A stretch of DNA of 32,000 nt from positions 2,400,001 to 2,432,000 of the forward strand of contig NC_009483.1 of NCBI RefSeq assembly GCF_000016745.1. The letters are read 5' to 3'. The notes beneath the pieces are model-generated. The model searched no databases. It was not told the DNA's origin and was given only the letters and a program-made list of their open reading frames with translations. Positions within the stretch are counted from its first letter, which is position 1, and every line of letters begins with the position of its first letter. This document shows, one piece after another, positions 1 through 7,706 of the stretch. The DNA is from Geotalea uraniireducens Rf4 (GTDB taxonomy: Bacteria > Desulfobacterota > Desulfuromonadia > Geobacterales > Geobacteraceae). Position numbers and translations under genes: made by a program.

Positions 1-1
1 C

Positions 2-493
2 GGCTGGCTTCCCATTTCCGGCCTCCATTCGCTCGGTAGCGAGGGTTTCACCCCAGTCCACAGGCTTCTGGACATTGGTAGACACCTGTTTCTTCCCATT
101 GCCGTTGCCACCTTCGGCAGCCTCGCCGGACTTTCACGCTATATGCGCGCCAACATGCTGGAGGTGCTCGGGCAGGATTACATAACGACGGCCCGGGCCA
201 AGGGTCTTGCGGAAAGGGCGGTCATCTACCGTCATGCGCTGAAGAACGCACTGCTGCCGGTCATCACCCTCCTTGGCTTTTCACTTCCGGGACTGATAGG
301 GGGGAGTGTGATCTTCGAGACCATATTTGCCATTCCCGGGATGGGTCAGCTCTTCTACATGGGGGTGATGGCGAGGGATTATCCGCTGGTGATGGGTATT
401 CTCGTGATCGGCGCATTCCTCACCCTGGTGGGAAATCTGCTGGCGGATCTCTGTTATGCCTTGGCTGACCCCCGTATTCGCCACGGCGGGTAA
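2..493 (+). CDS. ABC transporter permease, Opp/Dpp (OppB/DppB-like) family, 5'-truncated by the window edge
   Basis: Frame 2 is open from nt 2. The translation [16 protein letters not shown]...[24 protein letters not shown]...[10 protein letters not shown] carries the EAA-loop-like [11 protein letters not shown] segment and the C-terminal DPRIR typical of these permeases. The ORF track shows only the part from the first ATG (143). Confidence 0.85.
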   Translation, partial: GWLPISGLHSLGSEGFTPVHRLLDIGRHLFLPIAVATFGSLAGLSRYMRANMLEVLGQDYITTARAKGLAERAVIYRHALKNALLPVITLLGFSLPGLIGGSVIFETIFAIPGMGQLFYMGVMARDYPLVMGILVIGAFLTLVGNLLADLCYALADPRIRHGG

Positions 494-524
494 ACTCGAG
501 GTTTTATCCTATAAAAAGCATTTT

Positions 525-640
525 AGCCACGAATTTTCACGAATTTGCACGAATTTACAAGCTCTTGTGATTCACCAGGTCGGTGACTACTTAAAACTTT
601 ACAAGGGGTTAAAAACATTCGTGTTTATTCGTGTCATTCG
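525..640. repeat. Palindromic intergenic element: three 10-bp-phased CACGAAT repeats per arm in inverted orientation. The right arm is completed by nt 2714-2718 after intron removal.
   Basis: The left arm has CACGAATTT at 528, 538 and 548, preceded by GC. The right arm has ATTCGTG at 617 and 627, and ATTCG at 636-640. Joining 640 to 2714 gives ATTCG|TGGC, the exact reverse complement of the left terminus GCCACGAAT (526-534). The central 59 nt contains a TTTACAAG direct repeat (554 and 597). Confidence 0.65.
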
Positions 641-1178
641 GTACGCCAGGCCAAGCCTGGCTGATCTATCTGACTGAAAAGTGTCAGACATGTAAATTGC
701 TCGTTCACCATGTAGTCGCGGTCTGTCACGAGAGGGTAACCAAACGTGGGGAGTAAGACCGGTTCTTTGTAAGAAAAGAGCGAAGGGTACGATAACTACC
801 CTGACGACGAAGACGCGAGCCCAGCGCAAGCGAACCCGTTTCGGCCTCGTTACACGTAGTTGACAGTGGCCAACCTTCCGAATGTGGTGAAGCCTGCCAC
901 CCACCGGTGATAAACGAGCGAAAGAACCGGTGGGACTGTCCGGGGTGATTGGGGAGGGCGCGTGTCGAAAGATCAGCCGAGGAACCTGGGAGGTCCGACG
1001 TAATTCCCAAAGCGAAAGGGTTTCGCCGAAGGGAGAACGCCGACGGGGAATCAATAACCCGCCAAGCGTGTACGGTCGGAATTCGGAGCGGCCCATAGTA
1101 GCCGGGAAGCGGGGTAATGCCCGTGGAGCCAAGGGGCCGTACTTCAGTCATGTTTACACGGAAAGAGAGGAGACCCGC

Positions 1179-2513
1179 TTGAGCGACAGACGCTCCATAA
1201 CGGAATGGATGGCCGAAGGATTCGAACCTGAACCCGGACTGCCGGTAAAAGTCTCCCTTCTGCGGTGGAAACTGAGCAGCAAGGCCAAACGAGAACCGCA
1301 GTTCCGGTTCTATGCCCTTTACGACCGAATCCATCGTCGTGATGTACTTGAAACGGCGTGGTTGCGAGTAAAGGCGAACAAGGGCGCGCCGGGAGTCGAT
1401 GGTGTCAGCATTGAATCCATCGAGGTGCGGGCAGACGGAATATCCGGCTATCTTGACGAAATTCAAGAAAGCCTGAGAACCAAAAACTACAAACCATCCC
1501 CGGTGCGTCGCGTCTACATCACCAAGCCCAACGGCAAACTGCGCCCGCTCGGCATACCGTGCGTGCGGGACAGAATTGTACAGGCAGCCGTACTCCTTAT
1601 CCTCGAACCGATATTTGAGGTGGACTTTCTCGACTGCTCCCATGGATTTCGTCCCAAAAGGCGTCCCCATGGAGCCCTCGACCAAGTCGGTAATAACCTC
1701 CAACTCGGACGGCAGGAAGTGTATGACGCGGATCTTTCGAGCTACTTTGACAGCATCCCCCACGAGCACCTGATAGTAGAACTTGAGCGGCGCATAGCCG
1801 ACCGGAGTGTCCTCAAACTGATCCGGCAATGGCTTCACAGTCCGGTAGTAGAAGAAGACGGCAGCATCAGCCGTCCCAAACAAGGGACGCCACAAGGCGG
1901 GGTAATATCTCCCCTTCTTGCCAACATCTACCTTCACCGGCTCGACCGGGCCTTTCACGAAGAAGCAGACAGCCCCTACCACTTCGCCAGAGCGCGCATG
2001 GTACGGTTTGCCGACGACTTCGTAGTAATGGCCAGACACATGGGCAATCGCATAACCGGATGGCTGGAAGAGAAACTCGAAACAGACCTTGGACTCAGCA
2101 TCAACCGTGACAAAACCGGTATTGTCAGAATGAACAAGAAAGAGAGCCTGAACTTTCTGGGATTCACCCTCCGCTATGACCGTGACCTGCGGGGCAGAGA
2201 TTGGGATTATCTCAACATCATGCCGAGTAAGAAGGCCATAGGAGCACTCAAGGGAAAAATCCGGGAGAAGACCCGAAGCGGATACAAAAAGCCGCTTGTC
2301 GAAGCAATTGCCGAGGTAAACAGCATCCTTCGCGGATGGGGCAACTACTTCGACTACGGGTATCCCCGGAAAGTATTTCGAGACGTGAATCATTACACGA
2401 GGACTCGCTTTCGAATATTTCTGAACAATCGGAGCCAAAGGCGGAGCAAACCCTTCAGGGCAGGTGAAAGCCTGTATGCCGGACTTAAGCGATATGGTCT
2501 GGTTTACCTGTAA
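1179..2513 (+). CDS. Group II intron reverse transcriptase/maturase (RT and X/thumb domains, no obvious HNH endonuclease domain)
   Basis: RT blocks are present: [67 protein letters not shown], and a FADD variant of YADD (RFADDFVVM). The maturase-like tail is [12 protein letters not shown]...YGLVYL. The start is probably TTG 1179 (GAGGAG 7 nt upstream) or ATG 1209. The track start at 930 lies inside ribozyme domains I-III. Confidence 0.9.
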   Translation: MSDRRSITEWMAEGFEPEPGLPVKVSLLRWKLSSKAKREPQFRFYALYDRIHRRDVLETAWLRVKANKGAPGVDGVSIESIEVRADGISGYLDEIQESLRTKNYKPSPVRRVYITKPNGKLRPLGIPCVRDRIVQAAVLLILEPIFEVDFLDCSHGFRPKRRPHGALDQVGNNLQLGRQEVYDADLSSYFDSIPHEHLIVELERRIADRSVLKLIRQWLHSPVVEEDGSISRPKQGTPQGGVISPLLANIYLHRLDRAFHEEADSPYHFARARMVRFADDFVVMARHMGNRITGWLEEKLETDLGLSINRDKTGIVRMNKKESLNFLGFTLRYDRDLRGRDWDYLNIMPSKKAIGALKGKIREKTRSGYKKPLVEAIAEVNSILRGWGNYFDYGYPRKVFRDVNHYTRTRFRIFLNNRSQRRSKPFRAGESLYAGLKRYGLVYL

Positions 2514-2564
2514 CAGCAAAGCCACAACTCCTCAATAATGCCGTGCAGCAAGAGGCTGATAGGT

Positions 2565-2597
2565 AAGCCGTATGCGGGAAATCCGCACGTACGGTTT
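2565..2597 (+). ncRNA. Group II intron domain V (catalytic hairpin)
   Basis: The sequence is AAGCCGUAU-GCGG-GAAAU-CCGC-AC-GUACGGUUU. It has the AGC triad with a G-U wobble, a GAAA-type loop and a 2-nt AC bulge on the 3' strand, matching the DV consensus architecture. Confidence 0.88.
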
Positions 2598-2600
2598 GAC

Positions 2601-2713
2601 GAGGGGGAGCTGGTTAAGGCAACTATGGTAAGGCTACTTAGGCACCGCCAAACGAAAGGGGCGGAAACGGACAAGCCAAACCTAATGATGTCGTAACCTG
2701 CTTCCTACTCTAC
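2601..2713 (+). other. Group II intron domain VI, unusually extended, with branch-point A2707 and the 3' splice site after C2713
   Basis: The basal helix pairs GAG(2601-2603) with CUC(2708-2710). A2707 is bulged. Then GGGGAGC(2604-2610) pairs with GCUUCCU(2700-2706), including two G-U pairs. Inner sub-helices are GGUUA/UAACC, UUAGG/CCUAA and CCGCC/GGCGG. Confidence 0.65.
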
Positions 2714-2778
2714 TGGCTGACTGCCGTTTTTGGGTTTATTGTCTTTTACGTAGAACTCAGAATAAGAAGGAATAGAAC

Positions 2779-3621
2779 GTGACCAATCTATACACCCTTT
2801 ACTGGAACAGGTTCCGCTCCAACCGTTTTGCCTTGGCAGGCGCTTTTGTAGTGCTTTCCCTTTTTGTCTTTTCGTTTATGGCGCCGTTTGTCACTCCTTA
2901 CGACCCTGACGCCATCGATGCCTATCATGTCCTGCTCCCGCCGACTGGCGCGCACTGGTTCGGCACCGACGAACTGGGGCGTGATGTTTTTACCCGAGTC
3001 ATGTACGGGGCGCGGATATCCCTCAAGGTCGGATTTGTGGCGGTCGGCATCGCTGTGCTGGTCGGGACGGTGGTTGGTCTTGTCGCCGGATTTTACGGCG
3101 GCTGGATCGACACCATACTGATGCGCTTTGTCGACATCATGCTCTGTTTCCCCACCTTTTTCCTTATTCTTGCGGTGATTGCCATGCTGGAGCCGTCCAT
3201 CTGGTACATCATGATCATTATCGGCCTTACCGGCTGGATGGGGGTTGCCCGGCTGGTCCGCGCCGAGGTGCTGTCGTTGCGGGAACGCGATTTTGTCCTT
3301 GCGGCACGTGCCTTGGGGGCTTCAGATCTGCGCATCATTTTCCGCCACATATTCCCCAATGCCATGTCGCCGGTGCTTGTTTCCGCAACGCTCGGGGTGG
3401 CAGGTGCCATTCTCACCGAATCCGCTCTTTCCTTTCTCGGCATTGGCGTGCAGCCGCCGACCCCGAGTTGGGGGAACATCCTCACCTCAGGCAAGGACTA
3501 CATCGAGTTTGCCTGGTGGTTGTCCCTCTTTCCAGGTCTGGCGATCCTTGTGACGGTCCTTTCCTACAATCTTTTGGGCGAGGGGATCAGGGATGCGCTT
3601 GATCCGCGCCTGAAGCGGTAA
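2779..3621 (+). CDS. ABC transporter permease, Opp/Dpp (OppC/DppC-like) family
   Basis: 280-aa ORF with a GTG start after AAGGAA. The N-terminal TM segment, HWFGTDELGRDVF, and the EAA-like DFVLAARALGASDLRIIFRHIFPN are typical of OppC/DppC permeases. Confidence 0.9.
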   Translation: MTNLYTLYWNRFRSNRFALAGAFVVLSLFVFSFMAPFVTPYDPDAIDAYHVLLPPTGAHWFGTDELGRDVFTRVMYGARISLKVGFVAVGIAVLVGTVVGLVAGFYGGWIDTILMRFVDIMLCFPTFFLILAVIAMLEPSIWYIMIIIGLTGWMGVARLVRAEVLSLRERDFVLAARALGASDLRIIFRHIFPNAMSPVLVSATLGVAGAILTESALSFLGIGVQPPTPSWGNILTSGKDYIEFAWWLSLFPGLAILVTVLSYNLLGEGIRDALDPRLKR

Positions 3622-3622
3622 A

Positions 3623-3664
3623 GGTGGTGGATGGTTAATGGTCGATGGTCGATGGTGGTAAGGT
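3623..3664 (+). repeat. Heptanucleotide tandem array, six units of GATGGTN type
   Basis: The units read ggtggtg gatggtt aatggtc gatggtc gatggtg gtaaggt, starting immediately after the permease stop codon (3619-3621). Confidence 0.75.
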
Positions 3665-3689
3665 GAACCAACGAATCAACGGTATTTTC

Positions 3690-3731
3690 GAACGTAGAAC
3701 TTAGAACGTAGAACGTAGAACATAGAAAAGA
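3690..3731 (+). repeat. Heptanucleotide tandem array, six units of GAACGTA type, ending in the Shine-Dalgarno of the next gene
   Basis: The units read gaacgta gaactta gaacgta gaacgta gaacata gaaaaga. The last unit overlaps the AAGAGG ribosome-binding site upstream of GTG 3733/3739. Confidence 0.75.
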
Positions 3732-3738
3732 GGTGCAT

Positions 3739-4254
3739 GTGGCTGAACGATGTAATGAAGAATTTGAACAAATCACGGTTGATAAGAACGCTTTTGAGCT
3801 GGAAACGCTTGATGATGAGCTGCGCGTCGACGAACTCTGCAAGGAGCTTCTGCTCCAGTTCTACAGGGAAACCTGCGCCCAGGGCGTCGATGAAGCCGAG
3901 GCAACCCTCCTCGCTTCGGGGGCTGACTATTTCATCCGGGACTTTGTCGTGTCGATAAAGCAACTCAGCATTTTCAGCGAGCGGACTGGCATCGTCCGCC
4001 AGTTTGCCGGCAACTGGTATATCGTCAATACCCTTGAGCCGAACAACGTCGAGGTCCAACGATATCTGCGTGGCATACAGGCTTTTTATCGCTTCCTGTA
4101 CGGCCATGAATTGATTTCGTTACCGTATTTGCGAGCTATAGAAGAGGAGTGTGCGGATACCGCCTATTATGAAAGCCGTATCGATTCCTTCTGGAAGATC
4201 AAGGATGACGGTTATGGGGCCTGGGAGCAGGAATGCACCATGAAGGACAACTGA
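3739..4254 (+). CDS. Hypothetical acidic protein (about 171-173 aa), function unknown
   Basis: The 173-aa ORF has a GTG start at 3733 or, with better spacing to AAGAGG, at 3739. Its stop lies 3 nt before the ATG of the downstream ATPase gene, suggesting translational coupling. I recognise no family. The segment VEVQRYLRGIQAFYRFLYGHELIS weakly recalls the core-binding (SAM-like) domain of tyrosine recombinases. Confidence 0.6.
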   Translation: MAERCNEEFEQITVDKNAFELETLDDELRVDELCKELLLQFYRETCAQGVDEAEATLLASGADYFIRDFVVSIKQLSIFSERTGIVRQFAGNWYIVNTLEPNNVEVQRYLRGIQAFYRFLYGHELISLPYLRAIEEECADTAYYESRIDSFWKIKDDGYGAWEQECTMKDN

Positions 4255-4256
4255 CG

Positions 4257-5126
4257 ATGACATCGGAAAACTGGGAAGGTGTTGCCGCAAGGCTGGAAAG
4301 GGTGCTGGAGCGGGTAGAGGGGCTGGTCGATACATTTGTGCCACCAGGTAATCCTGACCCTGCACAATTCAGCCGATTCCATGCATTCCGCTGGCAGAAA
4401 CGGGGCTCGGGGGGATGCCTGGTTTCTGTGGAACATCCCCATCTGGTCGAGCTTGACGATCTGGTCGGGATAGACCTGGCTATAGAGGACCTGGTGCGGA
4501 ATACGGCCCAGTTCGTGGCTGGATATACCGCCAATAACGTCCTTTTGTGGGGGGACCGGGGGACCGGCAAGTCTTCCTGTGTGAAAGGCCTGTTGAAGCG
4601 CTTTGTCGGTCAGGGGCTGCGGATGATCGAGATCCAGCGCGGTGATTTGCTCTTTCTGTCGCTCATTATCAGTCAAATCCGGGACATCCCCTATCGTTTC
4701 ATTCTGTTTTGCGACGACCTCTCTTTTGCCGAGGGGGACGCTTCCTACCAGGAGCTGAAGACGCTTCTGGACGGCGGCATCGAAGAGAGACCGGAAAACA
4801 TGCTGATCTATGCCACTTCAAACCGCCGCCACCTGATGCCGGAACGGATGGAGGATAATCTCAACGTTGAAATCCATCCCGAAGAAGCGGTTTCCGACAA
4901 ACTTTCCCTGGCCGACCGCTTCGGCATCAACCTCGGCTTTTACCCCTGTAATCAGGATACGTATCTCTCCATCGTCGAGCATTACGCTGCTGGCAGGAAT
5001 TTGCCGATGGAAAGTGAGGAACTGCGGAAAGAAGCGCTCAGATGGGCTCTTTACAAAGGACAGCGGTCAGGACGCGCCGCCCGGCAGTTTATCGACGACC
5101 TTTCCGGCAGGTTGAGGATCAAGTAG
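4257..5126 (+). CDS. AAA+ superfamily ATPase of the DUF815/COG2607 type (function unknown)
   Basis: Walker A is LLWGDRGTGKSS and Walker B is RFILFCDDLSF, followed by LIYATSNRRHL. The size is about 290 aa. The preferred start is ATG 4257 (AAGGA upstream, 3 nt after the upstream stop). The track start at 4233 would overlap the upstream gene. The family assignment is from memory of the motif pattern. Confidence 0.8.
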   Translation: MTSENWEGVAARLERVLERVEGLVDTFVPPGNPDPAQFSRFHAFRWQKRGSGGCLVSVEHPHLVELDDLVGIDLAIEDLVRNTAQFVAGYTANNVLLWGDRGTGKSSCVKGLLKRFVGQGLRMIEIQRGDLLFLSLIISQIRDIPYRFILFCDDLSFAEGDASYQELKTLLDGGIEERPENMLIYATSNRRHLMPERMEDNLNVEIHPEEAVSDKLSLADRFGINLGFYPCNQDTYLSIVEHYAAGRNLPMESEELRKEALRWALYKGQRSGRAARQFIDDLSGRLRIK

Positions 5127-5153
5127 CACTGTATCTGCAAGAACTGAAATATG

Positions 5154-5184
5154 AAAAAGCCCGCTCAAGCAGCGGGCTTTTTTG
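5154..5184. terminator. Bidirectional rho-independent terminator between the convergent ATPase gene and pepF
   Basis: The stem GCCCGCT(5159-5165)/AGCGGGC(5171-5177) has loop CAAGC. It is flanked by an A-run upstream and a TTTTTT run downstream. Confidence 0.8.
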
Positions 5185-5193
5185 TTGTCTTTA

Positions 5194-6969
5194 TCAGACC
5201 AGCTGTTTCAGTTCTTCAAGCAGGCCGGTCAGGACGTCATAGCCATTCTGCCAGAAGTCCGGGTCGGCAAGGTCGATGCCGGCCGGTCTGACCGTGTCGG
5301 CCGGTGACTTGGAGCCGCCTCCGGCAAGGATCTCCCGGTAGGTGGGGATGAATGCGTCTCCTTCCTTGAGGTATCTCTGGTAGAGGGAGAGGACGAGGAG
5401 TTCGGCAAAGGTGTAAGAATAGCAGTAGAACCGGGTGTGAATGAAATGAGAGATGTAACTCCATCCCCAGCGGTATGCTTCGATCATCTCCACTGAATCG
5501 CCGTAAAGCCTGGCGTTTTCTTCCCACCACAGGTCGCAGAGCTGCGTCGCGGTCAGTAGCCCCTTCTTCCGCTCCAGGTGCATCCGCTCTTCAAAACGGG
5601 TCAGGACGTTCTGACGAAAGGTGGTGGCGATGATGTCCTCGATCTTGGCGCAAAGAAGGGCGATCTTCACCTGCTTGTCCGTTTCACCCTCCAGCATGTG
5701 TCGGGTGAGGAGCATTTCGCCGAAGACCGATGCCGTTTCCGCCAGGGGGAGCGGTGCATGGTAGTTGACCATGGTCTGGCGTTGGGCGAGGGTGAAGTGG
5801 ATGCCGTGCCCCAGTTCGTGCGCTACGGTGGCCACGTCGCGCAGGTTGCCGGTAAAGTTGAGAAGCACGTATGGCGCGAGTCGCGGGGTCATTCCCATGC
5901 AGAAGGCGCCGCCGCTCTTGCCGATGCGGGGAAGGGCGTCAATCCTGCCGTCCTTGAAAAAGGCGGCGGCTATATCCCGAAATTCCGGTGAGAACCGGTC
6001 ATAGGCGGCAATCACCAGGTCGCGGGCCTCGGCAAAGGTATAGTGTTGCTCTATTTCCCCAACCGGCGCGTAGACGTCGGTGTTTTTCAGCTTATCCAGA
6101 TTCAGCAGTTTCGCCTTGAGGCGGAAGTACTCCTGGGCCAGCGGGTAATTGGCCTCGGAAACGGACATCATCCGCTCTACTACCTCGGCAGGGATCTCGT
6201 TACCCAGGTTGGTCGGCTCCATGGGGCTTTTGTAGTTGCGCAGTTCCAGGTCCTGCCCATGGTCGAGGGCAACGGTATTGAAAACGGAAGAAAAGATGAT
6301 CCCCTGTTCCTCGTGGCGCTTGAGGAAAGTAGCGAATGCCTGTTCCCTGACCATGGCGTCGGTATGATGGAGCAGTCCCAACAGCTCCTCGCCGGTAAAC
6401 TCCCGTTCTTCCCCATCGAGAGTCATGGTGTAGCGGAATGATGCTGATACCTCGTCGAACAGGCGGGAGAACGCCTCTGTACCGGTCAGACTCTTCTGTT
6501 TTAACAGGCTTTCTTCCCGCTCAGTCAGGGTGTGGGGGTGGAATTTACGCAGGCTTTCCATGTAGTGACGGTAGTTAGCGAGCCGTTCGTCGCCGATCAA
6601 TTGCGCAAAGGCTTTGTCCTCCATCTGGATGATCTCCAGGTCGAAGAACAGGAGTTCCCTGCTCATCAGGTTGCCGAATTCCGCTGCCTTTTGAGAGAGG
6701 CGCTTGTTGACGTCGTTTTCCGAGTCAGCGGCAAAGAGGAGATGGGCATAGAGCTGCGGTTTGACGATTAGTTCTTCGAGCTCTTCGTATTCGACCAGCG
6801 CCTTTTGCAGTTCAACGACATCCAAGCCCGCGACACGCCCCCGGTAGCGTTCCCTGAACCCATTCGCTCCTGTTGCTGCTGCTTCAAAATCACCTTCCAG
6901 GTCCGGTGACTCAGGTCCGGTATAGAGGGGGGCGGTGTTCCACAACAGATCTTTTATATCGTATCCCAT
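5194..6969 (-). CDS. pepF: Oligoendopeptidase F (M3B family zinc metallopeptidase)
   Basis: The HEXXH zinc site is HELGHGIH. Length is about 591 aa. The start is ATG 6969 with GAGGA 5 nt upstream (the track GTG at 6981 lies within the RBS region). Confidence 0.9.
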   Translation of the reverse strand: MGYDIKDLLWNTAPLYTGPESPDLEGDFEAAATGANGFRERYRGRVAGLDVVELQKALVEYEELEELIVKPQLYAHLLFAADSENDVNKRLSQKAAEFGNLMSRELLFFDLEIIQMEDKAFAQLIGDERLANYRHYMESLRKFHPHTLTEREESLLKQKSLTGTEAFSRLFDEVSASFRYTMTLDGEEREFTGEELLGLLHHTDAMVREQAFATFLKRHEEQGIIFSSVFNTVALDHGQDLELRNYKSPMEPTNLGNEIPAEVVERMMSVSEANYPLAQEYFRLKAKLLNLDKLKNTDVYAPVGEIEQHYTFAEARDLVIAAYDRFSPEFRDIAAAFFKDGRIDALPRIGKSGGAFCMGMTPRLAPYVLLNFTGNLRDVATVAHELGHGIHFTLAQRQTMVNYHAPLPLAETASVFGEMLLTRHMLEGETDKQVKIALLCAKIEDIIATTFRQNVLTRFEERMHLERKKGLLTATQLCDLWWEENARLYGDSVEMIEAYRWGWSYISHFIHTRFYCYSYTFAELLVLSLYQRYLKEGDAFIPTYREILAGGGSKSPADTVRPAGIDLADPDFWQNGYDVLTGLLEELKQLV

Positions 6970-6984
6970 GGTTTTCCTCACAGT

Positions 6985-7008
6985 AAAAAAGGGGGCGAAT
7001 TCGCCCCC
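6985..7008 (-). terminator. Rho-independent terminator of the 7036-7644 gene
   Basis: GGGGGCGAATTCGCCCCC is a perfect 18-nt palindrome (6991-7008). It is followed on the minus strand by TTTTTT (A-run at 6985-6990). Confidence 0.75.
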
Positions 7009-7035
7009 TGATGGTTCATTTATCAGGTTGATGGT

Positions 7036-7644
7036 CTAATAGAGTTTTCCGACAAATTCGGCCATATCTCTGCCCAGGTCACCGGACAGATTTACAAGAA
7101 TTTCCTTGATGTATCCCATGCCGGCACCGGTAAGACCCGACTTTACATCGCTAAAAACAGCAAGTTCTTTGCCGGTTTGTGCATCGATCAGACGGCCGCT
7201 GACTTCAATGTGGGTCCTGAGGCTCTGTGGTGTCATCCAGCCCAAAAAGAACTTGGCCGCACCATGTCCGCCGCTGAGTTTGGTTACCTTTCCCTCAAGA
7301 ATCACCGCATTTTTTTTCTTATCCGAGTTGTTTTCAACATTTATAAATTTCTTCTGGCTTTTCAACTCATTGACAAAGTAGGAAGACATGATTTTGGGAA
7401 TGGTGGACATGATCGGTTCGATATCCTTTTTTTCGTCATCATCGATATTGTCCAGTTCAGGTTTGCTGATGTCAAAATCTTTGATAATTATCGTATCGTA
7501 GCTGGCCAGATGTTTTGAGGTGTAAATTGTCTCTTCACCGAGTACGTCTGGTTTCGAGAGTGGTGTATCCTCTGCTGATGCCGATGAAACAGAGACGTGT
7601 GCAGCCATGACAATAAAACTAACAACGAGTAACAGCCTTTTCAT
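7036..7644 (-). CDS. Secreted/periplasmic protein of unknown function (Sec signal peptide)
   Basis: The N-terminus is MKRLLLVVSFIVMAAHVSVSSASA|ED. The start at ATG 7644 is preceded by GGAGGG. The track start at 7656 lies inside the RBS. Confidence 0.7.
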   Translation of the reverse strand: MKRLLLVVSFIVMAAHVSVSSASAEDTPLSKPDVLGEETIYTSKHLASYDTIIIKDFDISKPELDNIDDDEKKDIEPIMSTIPKIMSSYFVNELKSQKKFINVENNSDKKKNAVILEGKVTKLSGGHGAAKFFLGWMTPQSLRTHIEVSGRLIDAQTGKELAVFSDVKSGLTGAGMGYIKEILVNLSGDLGRDMAEFVGKLY

Positions 7645-7677
7645 TATTCCCTCCAAAAGATTAAATGATGATACTGG

Positions 7678-7706
7678 ATAGTAGTTTATAGGTGGCTCTC
7701 TGTCAA
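7678..7706 (-). promoter_or_regulatory. Candidate sigma70 promoter for the 7036-7644 gene
   Basis: The minus strand reads TTGACA (7701-7706), a 17-nt spacer, then TACTAT (7678-7683). Two TATTTCGAG direct repeats lie just upstream (7731-7761). Confidence 0.35.

Larger units (their letters stand above)
641..2713 (+). mobile_element. Group II intron (ribozyme plus intron-encoded RT/maturase), 2073 nt, same orientation as the permease operon
   Basis: Canonical domain V lies at 2565-2597 and domain VI carries a bulged A at 2707, 7 nt from the end (...CCUACUCUAC|). The RT/maturase ORF sits in domain IV. The 5' end is GUACG at 641. It is supported by restoration of the repeat arm across the 640/2714 junction. 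It is also supported by EBS1 CGAATG (879-884) pairing with IBS1 CATTCG (635-640), and EBS2 ACACG (852-856) pairing with IBS2 CGTGT (630-634). Confidence 0.85.

Noticed and set aside
621-685. Alternative 5' splice sites GTGTT (621), GTGTC (631) and GTGTC (681), which look closer to the GUGYG consensus
   Set aside because: No EBS1 complement to the exon ends ...TGAAAA (for 681) or ...TTATTC (for 631) was found in domain I. For 621 only IBS1 pairs, with no IBS2. Only 641 gives a contiguous IBS2-IBS1 match and restores the GCCACGAAT repeat terminus after splicing.
930-1178. N-terminal 83-93 residues of the RT ORF as given in the track (start at 930)
   Set aside because: This part lies within ribozyme domains I-III, is Arg/Gly-rich junk, and has no RBS. 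A GAGGAG-TTG (1179) or ATG (1209) start just before the conserved RT N-terminus fits domain IV placement.
726-2525. 599-aa ORF antisense to the intron RT gene (and the overlapping 599-1132 minus-strand ORF)
   Set aside because: It is the codon-aligned complement of the RT frame (both are phased on nt = 0 mod 3), so it is interrupted only where the sense strand uses TTA, CTA or TCA codons, which this GC-biased ORF avoids. It has no RBS and no recognisable protein features, and it would run through the ribozyme domains. Its length is striking, but I regard it as a compositional artefact.
657-2721. TGGCTGA direct repeat (657-663 and 2714-2720) as a possible target-site duplication
   Set aside because: Group II retrohoming does not create TSDs, and the 657 copy falls inside the intron once the 641 boundary is accepted. 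A 7-mer coincidence within a short search window is not very improbable.
3623-3731. Tandem repeats as a CRISPR array, or as TRAP-like (U/G)AG binding repeats
   Set aside because: The units are 7 nt with no spacers, so this is not a CRISPR array. The UAG triplets recur every 7 nt (4-nt spacers) rather than the 2-3-nt spacers of TRAP sites, and no TRAP-like gene is visible.
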